A stretch of DNA of 64,000 nucleotides from Octopus sinensis (taxonomy: Eukaryota). Where the stretch lies: contig NC_043008.1 in the NCBI RefSeq assembly GCF_006345805.1, forward strand, positions 58,962,001-59,026,000, in the 5' to 3' direction. Below the pieces are notes generated by a model. It did not search any database. It saw only the letters and a program-made list of their open reading frames with translations, and was not told where the DNA came from. Both the position numbers and the translations under genes were made by a program. Below, piece by piece: positions 52,395 to 64,000 of the stretch. Numbering within the stretch: position 1 is the first letter of the stretch; every line of letters starts with the position of its first letter.

Positions 52395-54678
52395 ACAAGG
52401 TTATAGAGCATTGTTCTTTTGGAACATAATACAGTTATGTATGATTATGTTTAGACAACTATCTCCGTGGGTCTTTAAGATATTAACAGAATACCATATC
52501 TTCTTAGTAGGAATATAATAGATGAGCACTTTTTGACTCTTGAGAGTGAATACTTGGTGTTGTACCTTGAGTTTTATAGACAATGAACGAAAGAAGTGTT
52601 AGAAGCAAATTAATTTGTTTTATCGTTAAACATAATTTTAAAGCATTTCTTCCTAGTTCAATTTTTATGATCCGTAAAAGTTTTCTGCCAATAAATAGGC
52701 TTTTTTTTTTTCAAACTGAAAGTCTTGCAGCTAAGCTAAAACTTTTTCTGCAATCGAAATCTTATTTCAGATTTCTGGCTCCTATGGTACTTTTAAATAT
52801 AAATGGTGGAATAACTTTGAGACGATGAATCATCAAATCTATTTGAAGAGTTATGGCGAGATCTATGATTTAAAAATGATTTGTAGCCACCTGTCTGACA
52901 AAAGTGAGACATGATTCAATTGGTATTTTGATGAACGAGATCCAATTGCCACGTAACGCGACAATTTAAATCAATTTTTAGTTTAAGTCCACAAATTTAT
53001 AAAATATTGAAGTTCATGCAATAGAAAGATATTTCGAATACAGGATGAAATTACGAAATCATGTTTAATGATTCATATATCCTATGTGATATACGGTAAT
53101 ATGCATTCGTATATCACAATATATTCCATATGATCATAGAGCACAATGCGTAATATACATTCAAAAACTTTATTATTGCAAATATATCGTAAATAATTGG
53201 TTGTTATCTCTACTTCGAAATATGTTTAGGAAAATCGAGGAATTTTATCGACGTATTCAGATTTTGGCCAAGAACTGTATATATGCGCCTATATACACAC
53301 ATGCAGAGAAACAAAAGCCTATCATCGACAAAACTATTTTATGATATTGCGATTTTCTTTGTCACCAATAAAATTAGTATCTCAGAATGAATATAAATAC
53401 ACACAGACACACACGCACGCACACACACACACGCACACACACACTATATATATATACATAGATGAATATGTCCAAATATGCATTATAGAAATTTATGCAT
53501 ATATATACGTGTATATGTATGTATATATGTATGTATGTATGTACGTATGTATGTATGTACACTAATAAATCTATATGTATATGATGTGTGTATGCATGTA
53601 CGTGTATATATATATGCAGATATATACATATATATATATATTGTATATATTTATATATACATATGTATATGTATGCGTGTGTGTGCAGATTCATACGTAT
53701 ACAAATATATACATACATACATACATATATATATCCATACATATATGTGTTTGTGTGTGTGTGTATGTGTATGCATATGAATAATATGCGCGCGTCTGTA
53801 TTTATGTATGTATATTCATTTCATTTGCCGTATTAGTTTTGTTAGTGAGAAAGAAAGAAATTATTTCACGAAGTAGTTTTGTTGAAGTTTATATAAGACA
53901 CCTACGCACCCAGTGTTACTTTCGATTTTAAAAGCTATAATCATTATATTAACTGTGTTTGCATCTAAGGAAATACATACATACAACTTCTTGAGCAATG
54001 ACGTTCGTTTCCATCTACCATTACGCTTAGAGATAAAATTTTGGAAATCATCAAAACACAAATTCCTTTAGTAGTATGATGAACTTTAGCAACAAAAATG
54101 CGAGTTTTACCCATGCGCAGAACAAAACGATGGTCTCAACTGAAAACATACAAGTATCTGCTCAAATGTATGTACATGTGGCGCAAAGTATTATTAAACA
54201 GATACCGACATTAGTTTGTATCTCGTAAACTATTGTCAATCTATCCGTGGTGCTTCATTTATTGTTACGTGCAGTGGAAATAGGATTTGAAATTTAATAT
54301 TCCAAAAAATAAAAGACGTTTGTATTGGTTACGCGTTTGGATTCTTCTCTCAGTTTTTCTCTTATTCTCGTTTTCTCGTTTTCTCACCCACTGCCTCTCA
54401 CTCCTTGTCCTTCACTGTTTGTCTATCTCTCTTTCTCACTATCTTTGCATATATTTACGTAAATAAAATAACTGGATTTCCGATTCTTTGAATGCTGAGA
54501 CTAAGCTAACTTCTTAATGTTATTTCAACAGACTTTCTATAGAAATTATAGCCAGCACTAATTTCTTACGACGTTTCGTATCCGAGCTTGCCTAATATAT
54601 ACAACAACGAGACCGAAGATCTTCTAACTCATTGATGTTTACATTAGGCGTACTAGATACAAAAATTAATTTACAATA

Positions 54679-55226
54679 TTGGGTTGTCCGGAAAGTTCGT
54701 GCCGATTTATAGTAACTTATATTTCGACTTATTTCAAAACATGGTTGAGTCCATAAAATAGGATTTGACTACATCTCCATTTAGAGTACACTTTAAGCTA
54801 TCTTTTCGTGGAAGAAGGTTTATGTTCCTATAACCTGTATTAATTCTGTAACACTTTAAAATGGAAGATAAGAAAGTTCATTTTCGGCACTTGATGCTTT
54901 GGGAACCAGACAAAAATTGCTGCAGCTCGACTTGGATGTGTTACCCCACCTTCCATATTCACCAGATATTGCTCCTTCGGATTTTTACTTATTCAGATCT
55001 CTGCAGAATAGTCTTAATGGTAAAAATTTCAATTCCTTGGATGACGTAAAAAGATACCATGATGAATTATTTGCCATGAAACCACCTCAGTTTTGGGAAG
55101 AAGGTATTTTCAAGTTAAAAGAAAGATGGAGACGCATTGTGCAACAAAATGGTTCATATTTGGTTGAGTATTTATTGACCTTTTTCTTTCCTTTAAAAAT
55201 CGGCACGAACTTTCCTGACAACCTAA
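54679..55226 (+). mobile_element. Internally deleted mariner (mellifera-like), 548 bp, both TIRs and TA TSD
   Basis: 30-bp TIRs ttgggttgtccggaaagttcgtgccgattt with 2 mismatches; MEDKKVHFRHLMLW fused to ...PHLPYSPDIAPSDFYLFRSLQNSL. Confidence 0.95.
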
Positions 55227-55316
55227 TAAATCAGTGTTGGCTATAATTTCGATAGAAAATCTGTAGAGATAAACTTAAATGATTTAATAGCACTGGTAAC
55301 ACAGTAGAACACAGTA

Positions 55317-55548
55317 TCTCTCTATATATAAACGAGCAGTTTGTCTGTGAGTGTTTTCTGGTGTGGTCCTGTTTTTCTTCCTCTGTACCCTCACCCTGAC
55401 CTACCAGACTGCTTTCAACGATTCTGATGAAATTGACACACACATAGCCAATGTAATAATTCAAAACTAACGCAAGCGAAAATTTGAAAAGTTTCCCACT
55501 GAAAAAAATCGATAAATTCGACATGGGGTTGAGAATCAGAAACACAAC
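55317..55548 (+). mobile_element. Probable Helitron 5' portion running into the gap
   Basis: A|TCTCTCTATATATAAAC...tttgtctgtg start resembles the 5' end of the 51482-51864 element. Confidence 0.55.
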
Positions 55549-55648
55549 NNNNNNNNNNNNNNNNNNNNNNNNNNNNNNNNNNNNNNNNNNNNNNNNNNNN
55601 NNNNNNNNNNNNNNNNNNNNNNNNNNNNNNNNNNNNNNNNNNNNNNNN
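55549..55648. other. Assembly gap (100 N)
   Basis: Run of n. Confidence 1.
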
Positions 55649-55721
55649 TTATATATATATATATATATATATATATAGGATATATATATATCATATATAT
55701 ATATATATATATATAATATAC

Positions 55722-55774
<53 letters not shown>

Positions 55775-55935
55775 GACAGGCTTCTTTCAGTTTCCCTCTA
55801 CTAAATCCACTCATAAAGATAAATCGTCCCGAGGCTATAGTCGAAGGAACTTGCCCAAGGGGCAACGCAGTGGAACTTAACCCGGAACAACGTGGTTGGG
55901 AAACAAGCTCCTTACCACATAGCTACGCCCACGCT
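55775..55935 (-). mobile_element. SINE S2 5' half
   Basis: gacaggcttctttcagtttcc...gaggctatag...acttgcccaagg. Confidence 0.75.
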
Positions 55936-55955
55936 TATAAATATATGTATGTATA

Positions 55956-56065
55956 TCATTGTTCAGTTTTATTTCAAGATTTTGCCAATAGAGATCGAGC
56001 CGATTTCTAACCTACATCCAAGGCTCTTTCATTGGAATTTCAACATCAACAAGGTATTTTTGTTT
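55956..56065 (-). mobile_element. 3'-end fragment of the R4/Dong-like element
   Basis: tcattgttcagttttatttcaagat...ttcattggaatttcaacatca matches 9846-9955; TATG repeats on both sides. Confidence 0.8.
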
Positions 56066-56154
56066 ATGAGTATGTATGTATGCATGTATGTATGTATGCA
56101 TGTACGTACGTATGTATGCATGTATGTATGCATGTATGTATGTATGTATGTATG

Positions 56155-56188
<34 letters not shown>

Positions 56189-57414
56189 TGTATGTATGTA
56201 TGTATGTATGCATGCATGCATGTATGTATCTGGTGCTCACAGTCTTCGCCTGTCAAATGTCACTCACAAATTACTGGACGACGCATCGTTATGGTAAAAA
56301 CTCATTTCCTCAAGATAAGATACGGTGGACCAGAACCTAATCATACGTGGTTTATGAAAGGAATTCATCTAATCAAATAATCATACCAGCGCATATATCT
56401 CTAACACACACACACACACACACACACACGCATACGCATACATACATGTATATGTGTGTGTTTGTGTGTGTGTATAATCTTCCAATCTCAATGTTTTCTT
56501 CTGTAACAAATAATTTATTCTCTAATTCCAAGATTCGGCTTATTATTCTTATCTCCTGCTAGCGACTCTGAGTAGGTTTCATCTCATTAGACAAAGATCA
56601 CTATTTACTTCAATATGTTTTTTTTTCTCTTCTGTTTCGAGTTTAGATTAAGGAACGTTAAGGTTTAAATATTGATTAACCTTATCTTTGAGCAGCTTTG
56701 CATCGTTAAGAGCATTTTATTACCTAATTATTTCATGCTTGAAAGGATAAATCCTGCACACATATATACTCTTTCTCCCTGTCCCCTTCTCTCTCTCTCC
56801 CTCTCTGTATATGCATAGGTTTATGGGCTTGTGTGTGTGCATGACTGTTTTAGGGTTTCAGGAAACGATTTATTAGAACACTTAAAACCGTCGGGGCTGC
56901 TTTCTTTGAGCTTCATATTATATAAGAAAAAATTAGGGACTCGTATTTTTAATTATAACATTAGCATTTTCATAGCTGATATACTCCGCGGCTTGACTCT
57001 GCTTGGTTGTATATGCGTGCGTGTGCGTGTGCGTGCATGTGGAGGGCGGGTGTGCGAACACGCGTGTCTAGGGGTTTGTGAGTGAGTGTATTTATGGCTT
57101 GTGCTTGTCAATCGTCACTCAGACTACTAAATGATCAAAAACCACGATTCGGAATCGTCAAAAACCACGCTTCAATTTCTCTAAAATTCAATGAAATTAA
57201 TACAATAATACTTAATACATGCATATAATGAATATAATATAATATAATATAATGCATATAATACATGCATATAATGAACAAAATGTGTAACAATAACAGT
57301 AGCGTAACCTTATAATAATTCTGTTGTCATTCCGTTACTTAGCCCGTCGATAACGATATCAAGTGATTCAAGAAAAAGAGGGAGAAAGAAAAGCTGGAGA
57401 GAGAGAAACTGGAG

Positions 57415-57668
57415 TCGTCACTGCCGTCAGATTGACACCCAAACACTCTGAAATGTTCGTATTGGAGCTTCCCGTGCAAATACCAAGCAATACAGCATTT
57501 CGTTTCCAAATTTCTGGCAGAGGGAATTGCGTCATTGCACCGTTTTTCACGCAGACGGTGCCCAGCTGACCTTACTATACTGTGTAGTTGACAAAATCAA
57601 AAACAGACAATGTGCATTCACGAAATAAAAAATATAAAATGGCGACAATTTACTCATCACACCATGTA
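57415..57668 (-). mobile_element. maT-like transposon 5' end
   Basis: Matches about 29005-29266; MTQFPLPEIWKRNAVLLGICTGSSNTNISECLGVNL transposase start. Confidence 0.75.
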
Positions 57669-57730
57669 TGGATATGTATGTGTGTATGTGAGCACATGTG
57701 CGTACGCGTGTGTGTCTGTTTATGTATATA

Positions 57731-57767
<37 letters not shown>

Positions 57768-58302
57768 AGTGTGTGTGTATGTATAGATACATACATATAC
57801 ATACATAGATATATACATTTATACGTACATAATGATACGTGTGTACATAATGCGCCGATTAATGTGATCGGTAGAAAATTTTCTCAAAACATAAAATACA
57901 CAATACATTGTATTCGACTAATATCTTTATTCCACTTTTCCTTGTCATCTACCTCATTAGATGGTGTTATAGAAAGAATAACAAATAAATAAAATAAAAC
58001 TCATTTAAAAATCAAGATGGCGTCGTGATACGACTACTTAATTGCTATAACCTATAAAATTTCACTGAAGTGATTCTCATCATCATTTATTAATAATTAT
58101 ACCACCGAGTGGCGCTTGGAATACAGTGTTATTATTCATCAGTTTTCTGCCTCCAGTTAAACAGCAAAACAGTTATATATTAGCTACCTTATGTTTCTTT
58201 CAAATACGTAACCGGCGTAGTTGGAAGAGATAAATTGTCTCCTCGTTATGAAGGAACTTTCAGTTATTTAGAACAACGTAGTTATATCTTCATGGTTCCA
58301 GC

Positions 58303-58459
58303 CAGGGGTCGACTGAGCCGTCAGTCAATCGGGCCCTCCCCGAGGGCCCGGAGGACTGAGGGGGCCTGCACTCTACACGTTAACTCTACTGATATCAATG
58401 CTATGGGGTCCCCTAAACAGTTATGCTCGGGGGTCCTTAATACTTTCAGTCCGCCCCTA
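58303..58459. mobile_element. hAT-type MITE, 157 bp, 8-bp TSD
   Basis: TIRs caggggtcgactga / tcagtccgccccta; TSD gttccagc at 58295-58302 and 58460-58467. Confidence 0.9.
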
Positions 58460-59502
58460 GTTCCAGCCAAGGCGGCAGCGTCTACTTCACTATTCGATTC
58501 GCTAGAAACAGCAGCAAACCTCTCTCAAATCGCACGTGTCGTTTTAAATGAGGAAACGATACATGGGATATGGTGACCGACATGCTTCCAGTCGAAGAGA
58601 TGTGTCTCTATGAGAAATGCTTTTGGACACACATCCGTTCTTCTCAAGGTTAATGCGATGTTAAACAACATCACCTTTTTCTTTCCGTTCATTTCCCTTC
58701 ATTGCTCAAATTTCAATGAAAGTACTTGTTTTGTTTCCAATTGTTAAAATGCTGCTGAGAAGATAAAAAGATATAAATCTACTAATCTAGTAATTCGCTT
58801 AAAAACCGCATGCAGATTTAAACCCATTAGCCATTGATACAGTAATACTTTATAACTTCCTTACTGGGAAGAAGCTAATTGTGTGATTAAGTAAATCTGT
58901 AGTACAAATGCCTGCTTAAGATTGCGTACAACTGTGCCTATATTGGTATAAATATTATGTGTGTGACTGCATAAATTATTAATGTAAATCTGCCTTTATA
59001 TGTACATGAGTGTGCATGCTTATTACTCGTATCGTCGTTCTACAATACACAGTTACATACGTATATACAATACATAATTGAGAACAGATATTTGTAGGGA
59101 CGTATATATACACATACGAGAATTAACATTGAATATCCTTTGAACAATAGATTATGGAATATGATTTAATCTTTTTGATATCTTGTGTTATTAGTTGAGG
59201 AACCTCAGGTCGATATTACCATGAAAGTTCTCCATTGTTATTCACATACAGGCTACTCATATGTGGAACACTTCGTGAGATGAATGTTCAAACGCAATCA
59301 AGCCACCGTAGAAAGATTAATCAAAATATCAACATGTATTCATTGTAAATATAAAGATGCTCATATACAGAGAACACACAGAGAAACACGAAGATATATT
59401 GAATGTACAGCTATCTGTACACAGATGCAGGTATGTGTGTGTACTTAACAACATCGCTTCAAAAACACTAAGAGCCGGGTTCGATCCCATATTGAATATA
59501 TA

Positions 59503-59731
59503 TATTTCTTTACTACCCACAAGGGGCTAAACACAGAGGGGACAAACAAGGACAGACAAACAGATTAAATCGATTACATCGACCCCAGCGCCTAACTGGT
59601 ACTTAATTTATCGACCCCGAAAGGATGAAAGGCAAAGTCGACCTCGGCGGAATTTGAACCCAGAACGTAACGGCAGACGAAATACGGCTACGCATTTCGC
59701 CCGGAGTGCTAACGTTTCTGCCTGCTCGCCG
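59503..59731 (-). mobile_element. SINE S1 full length, about 17-bp TSD
   Basis: cccatattgaatatata at 59486-59502 and 59732-59748. Confidence 0.92.
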
Positions 59732-60258
59732 CCCATATTGAATATATAAGTATTTGTATACAGCCGCATGCATGGTTGCGTGGTTAGAATTTTGCATCGC
59801 AACCATGCCAACCTGGATTCAATCTCATATTAATCAGACAACGGTTTGTATACAGATATACAAATGGTTGAGACATTTAAAAATTGGGCTTTCAAACAGT
59901 GACCTCGGGGTCGATCCAAATTCGTCGTATCTTGGGCAAATTCACTTACTATACTCGCAAGGGGAACCAAAACTTGCACATGAAATTGGGTTGATGGTAA
60001 CTGTAAAAAGCTCTTCGGCTGGGTTGGACTATATCTGAAATTTAAACGTTTAACCTTGTCATTCTGTATCCCAAAAATGGATTATTTCCCGTTCACTCGA
60101 AGTTTATCGATTCTTATGGTGTCAGCATACAATCATTTACATACATTTGTGTGTATGCGCGAAAATATATCAATACGTACAATGCATATGCACACTTATC
60201 GATATACACACATACTTATACACATATATACATGCTCACTCAAACTTATATATTGTAT

Positions 60259-60670
60259 CTTTTACCTTTTTCTTGTTTCAGTTATTTGACTGTGGCCATG
60301 CTAGGGCACTGCCTTGAGGAATTTTGTAGTCGAATGAATCGATCGATCCCAGTACCAATTTTTTTTTTCTTTTTAAAGCCTGGTACTTATTCTGTTGGCT
60401 CCTTGTGCTGAACCGCTAAGTTGCGTGGACGTAAACACACCTACACCGGTTGTGAAGTGGTATTGAAGGACAAATACAGAAGCAAAGACAAAAACATACA
60501 GAGATATATGTACATATATATATATATATGACAGGTTTCTTTCAGTTTCCGTCAACCAAATCCACTCACAAGGCTTTGATTTGCCCAAGTCTATAGTAGA
60601 AAACACTTGCCCAAGGGGCCACGCAGTGGGACTGAACCCGGAACGATGTGGTTGGGAAGCAAGCCACGCT
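60259..60670 (-). mobile_element. SINE S2 variant
   Basis: gtttcagttatttgactgtggccatgctagggcactgcc tail; gcagtgggactgaacccggaac head. Confidence 0.8.
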
Positions 60671-60895
60671 TGCGCTTATATAAATACAAAAAGATAATAT
60701 ACATTGGTCGTATAAATATAATGACTGGTTAACTCCCAGTTTAAAAGGCAGCTAAAGAAGGCTATAATACTAACTATAGATAATATATGAATATAGTGTG
60801 TGAATATGACAGTTGCTCCTGATCGGAACTTAATGAACATTGAGTAGATACCTGAGGACACAACCCTAACGAACCTCCTAGGAATAGCGGACAGA

Positions 60896-61190
60896 GAAAT
60901 TGGACAGATAGGTGGATAGAGTATCGAATTGGTTCGAGGATTTGAGATTAAATGAAGTATAAGATAAATGAAATGATAGGATAGTTGGATAAAATATCGA
61001 ATCGGTTTGAAGGTTTGAGATTAAATGAAGTAGAGGATAAATGAAATGGAAGAATAATTGGATAAAATTATCGAATTGGTTTGAGGCTTTGAGATGATAT
61101 AAAGTAGAAGATGAATGAAATGGACGGATAAGGTGGATAGAATATCGAATTGGTTAGAGGGTATGAAATTAAATGAAGTAAAAGATACAT
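60896..61190. repeat. Minisatellite, about 74 bp x 4
   Basis: tatcgaat anchors at 60922, 60995, 61069, 61143. Confidence 0.92.
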
Positions 61191-61703
61191 GTTAAATGGG
61201 GATAAATGCTAAAAACGTTAACATATTCGATACAAGGTGTTTGCAGAATTAAACGTTTCCGGTAAAATATTAGCAGTAAAAATTGAAACAGCCTTTAGAT
61301 TGCTAATCACACGTTCCCTATATCGAAGAATATTGGTGCCAAGATAACGGAAAATATTTTCATGGCACGCAACAACAGTGTTGGAATAAACGGGCTTCGA
61401 TTAGTAGAAACGATAAAAATCTTTCCCGGAGTTTACTTCCAGATTAATTTAGGAAAAAAAGTATAACAAAACAATAAACTCACATTTGCAGATATTTTGT
61501 TTCACGCGTTATCTGAAATACAAGATTAGGTTTCCGTTTGTTATCAGGTGTTACTGAAGTCTTGATGGTGTCTTTCAGGAACTATTCGGTGGAACGTTTA
61601 TTTTCTACTATGCCACAGAGAAATATGGCAATTACAATGCTGTATTAAGGAATAACAGCTTAATTTTTCAGTAACTCAGGAACAATAACTGGCATTTTTC
61701 TGG

Positions 61704-61704
<1 letters not shown>

Positions 61705-61768
<64 letters not shown>

Positions 61769-61830
61769 AATCTATCTATCTATCTATCTATCTATCTATA
61801 AATCTATCTATCCATCTATCTATCTATCAA
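61705..61830. repeat. (TATC)n microsatellite; also 33945-34235 and (GATA)n at 62535-62632
   Basis: Direct reading. Confidence 0.95.
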
Positions 61831-61943
61831 AAACTTTTGGTGCATGTATCTCTCTGTTACCTTTGCTAAATCTATCTATCTTTCTGTTTATCTATCTATC
61901 TATTTGACGATCCCTCTCTCTCTCTCTCTGCATATATATATAT

Positions 61944-62456
61944 ATCACCTTGATCACCTTGACCGACCAGTCCGTCAGGCGTCCATTTGACACCGCTGGT
62001 CACAGCACGCTGTCCACTCCTCTCTGGATCGCGCCTTTCTTATCCACGTGATCTCAATCGTCCGCCTGAAAGCATAAGGGATGTGCTCAAGGGAAGGTTG
62101 GACAGGACCACCCGCGCCAACCTCATTAACATTGCAGTTCTGCCTGCAATGTTATATGATAGTGAAACATGGACTACCACAAAGAGAGAAGAGCAAAGAC
62201 TGGTAACGGCTCAAAGAGCCATGGAAAGGTCAATGCTTGGTATCTCGTTGAGAGAGCACATAAGTAGCAAGATCATCAGAAAGAAGTCCGGCGTGAGAGA
62301 TGTCATCGCAGAGTATACACGCAGCAAGTATAGATGGGCTGGACACGTCGCCCGGCTCACCAATAATCGGTGGACGCACGCAGTAATCGAGTGGTACCCG
62401 CGTGAGCGGAAAAGACCACCCGGAAGAGCTCCACGACGGTGGAGTTACGATTTCAG
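61944..62456 (-). mobile_element. RTE-clade LINE, 5'-truncated with inverted 5' segment
   Basis: 62072-62456 (+) encodes VLPAMLYDSETWTTTK...AQRAMERSMLGISLREH...RWAGHVAR...RWSYDF; 61944-62071 (-) encodes FRRTIEITWIRKARSREEW and a (TCAAGGTGA)2 tail; TSD gcatatatatatat. Confidence 0.9.
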
Positions 62457-62541
62457 CATATATATATATATATATATATATACATACATATACAGAGAGA
62501 GGGAGGGGGAGAGAGATTGTTAAATAGAAAGACAGACAGGC

Positions 62542-62634
<93 letters not shown>

Positions 62635-63511
62635 TGAAAAAGTAGTGCAGCGCGCCAGTAGCTCGAAGCACAAGGCTGAATTCGCAGTGAGAGCTAGCGT
62701 TAACCTTCATGAGGGAGTGTGCCGAGTGATATCTGTGTTTATTTCGCATGTAGCGAAATTTATACTTTTCTGATCACGTGTATGTTGTAGTCCGCGATTT
62801 TTGTCATGGACATGAAGCTGGAACAATGAGCCAATGTGAAAGTTTGAGCTAAACTTAGGAAGTTTGCTACAGAAACATTGATAACTCGCTTCAGCAAGCT
62901 TACGGCGACAAAATAATTCGAGGGGCACGAATGATTCGAGGGGCACGACTGCGTGAAAAGCGGAAGAACGTCCCTGGAAAACGGGGAGAGTGTTGCAAGA
63001 TCTGCCACGGGAGACATCCCCGGAAATGTAGAAAAAATAATCAGCTTGTGTATGAGGACCGTCGGAGGACAATGAATGATGTTGTTGGCCCTTTGTATGG
63101 GTCCGTGCAGGCATCCCTAACGTTTAAATTTTTCACGATGACAATGCACCCAGTCACAGAGCTCTTCTCACTCGTGAGTTACACGCCAAGAACAACATGG
63201 TATTGCTTCCGTGCCCTCCCTATTCGCCAGGCTTAGCACCTGCTGATTTCCATCTCTTCTGCCAAGATGAAGATGCAGCTTAAAAGTCGCCGTTTTAACA
63301 CCGTATTCGAAATCACGAACAAATAGCACAAGGTCCTCGCTTCATTTACAGAAAACGATTTCCAGGTCGGATTCCAAAAGTGGCAGGAAAACAGGGACCG
63401 GTGAATTGCTGCACAATGTGACCATTTCGAAGGAGACCTTGTTAAAACTTAAGTAATAAGTTATTTTTTATTAAACATAACTAATCCGGGAACTATTTGA
63501 CACCACCTTGA
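62635..63511 (+). mobile_element. Decayed mariner (irritans-like), deleted, 3' TIR present
   Basis: MKLEQ*ANVKV*AKLRKFATET; HDNAPSHRALL; PYSPGLAPADFHLF; FQKWQENRDR*IAAQCDHFEGD. Confidence 0.88.
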
Positions 63512-63538
63512 GTTTGTGTATATGTATATATATGTATG

Positions 63539-63662
<124 letters not shown>

Positions 63663-64000
63663 ATATACGCATAACAGTGTCAGCTGTCATATGCTTGTGT
63701 ACTATGGGTAATATAAGATAATTTACATTAATTTGATAAAATACTTACAAGTCTTATAATTAAACATTTGTTATTTTGTTATTTTATGTCTTTTTAGTCT
63801 TCATGGTGTTTATGTACAATAGAGAAATGAATACTAATTATCAAATTTAAAACTCCCCATTAAAAATAATATCAAATACATGAAATTCCAGATTTTTGTA
63901 TTTGCAATTAATATATATTATCAATAACAATACTATTGTTTAATTATAAATTAAAACAAATGTAAACTATTAATTCCATATAAAATATTGTAACATTTTT

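Noticed and set aside
58013-58024. YY1-like motif caagatggcgtc as a promoter clue
   Set aside because: Single short motif without a CpG island or downstream exon; expected by chance
58235-58576. 113-aa ORF
   Set aside because: Kept open largely by the GC-rich hAT MITE at 58303-58459
60896-61190. CRISPR-like periodicity
   Set aside because: Whole units are homologous with no unique spacers; eukaryotic context and no cas genes
62707-63114. Minus-strand ORFs of 135 and 85 aa
   Set aside because: Antisense to the decayed mariner transposase

Overview
Eukaryotic, AT-rich, repeat-saturated window with one 100-N gap (55549-55648). The SINE families and the (TA)n/(CA)n/(TATG)n/(TATC)n load suggest an Octopus genome; this is recognition from memory, not a database hit. 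I found no host protein-coding exon, tRNA gene or rRNA gene I can support, so the window looks intronic or intergenic. Almost all listed ORFs are microsatellite read-through. The real coding traces are decayed transposons: Penelope-like elements (PLE; RT and GIY-YIG), CR1/L2-group LINEs, an RTE LINE, an R4/Dong-type REL-endonuclease LINE, and mariner and maT DNA transposons. Non-coding mobile DNA includes Helitrons, hAT/pogo-like/fold-back MITEs and four tRNA-derived SINE families (labelled S1-S4 here). Main highlights: (1) several hammerhead-ribozyme motifs at PLE termini abutting (TA)n tracts, including one with a fully canonical core and long stem II and some with non-canonical cores; (2) an RTE copy with a twin-priming-type 5' inversion; (3) an R4/Dong-like element flanked by (CATA)n in both copies; (4) a 3' tail shared between SINE S2 and the CR1/L2-group LINE; (5) SINE multimers with recurrent junctions. 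Coordinates were read by eye; element boundaries are approximate unless a TSD or TIR is quoted.
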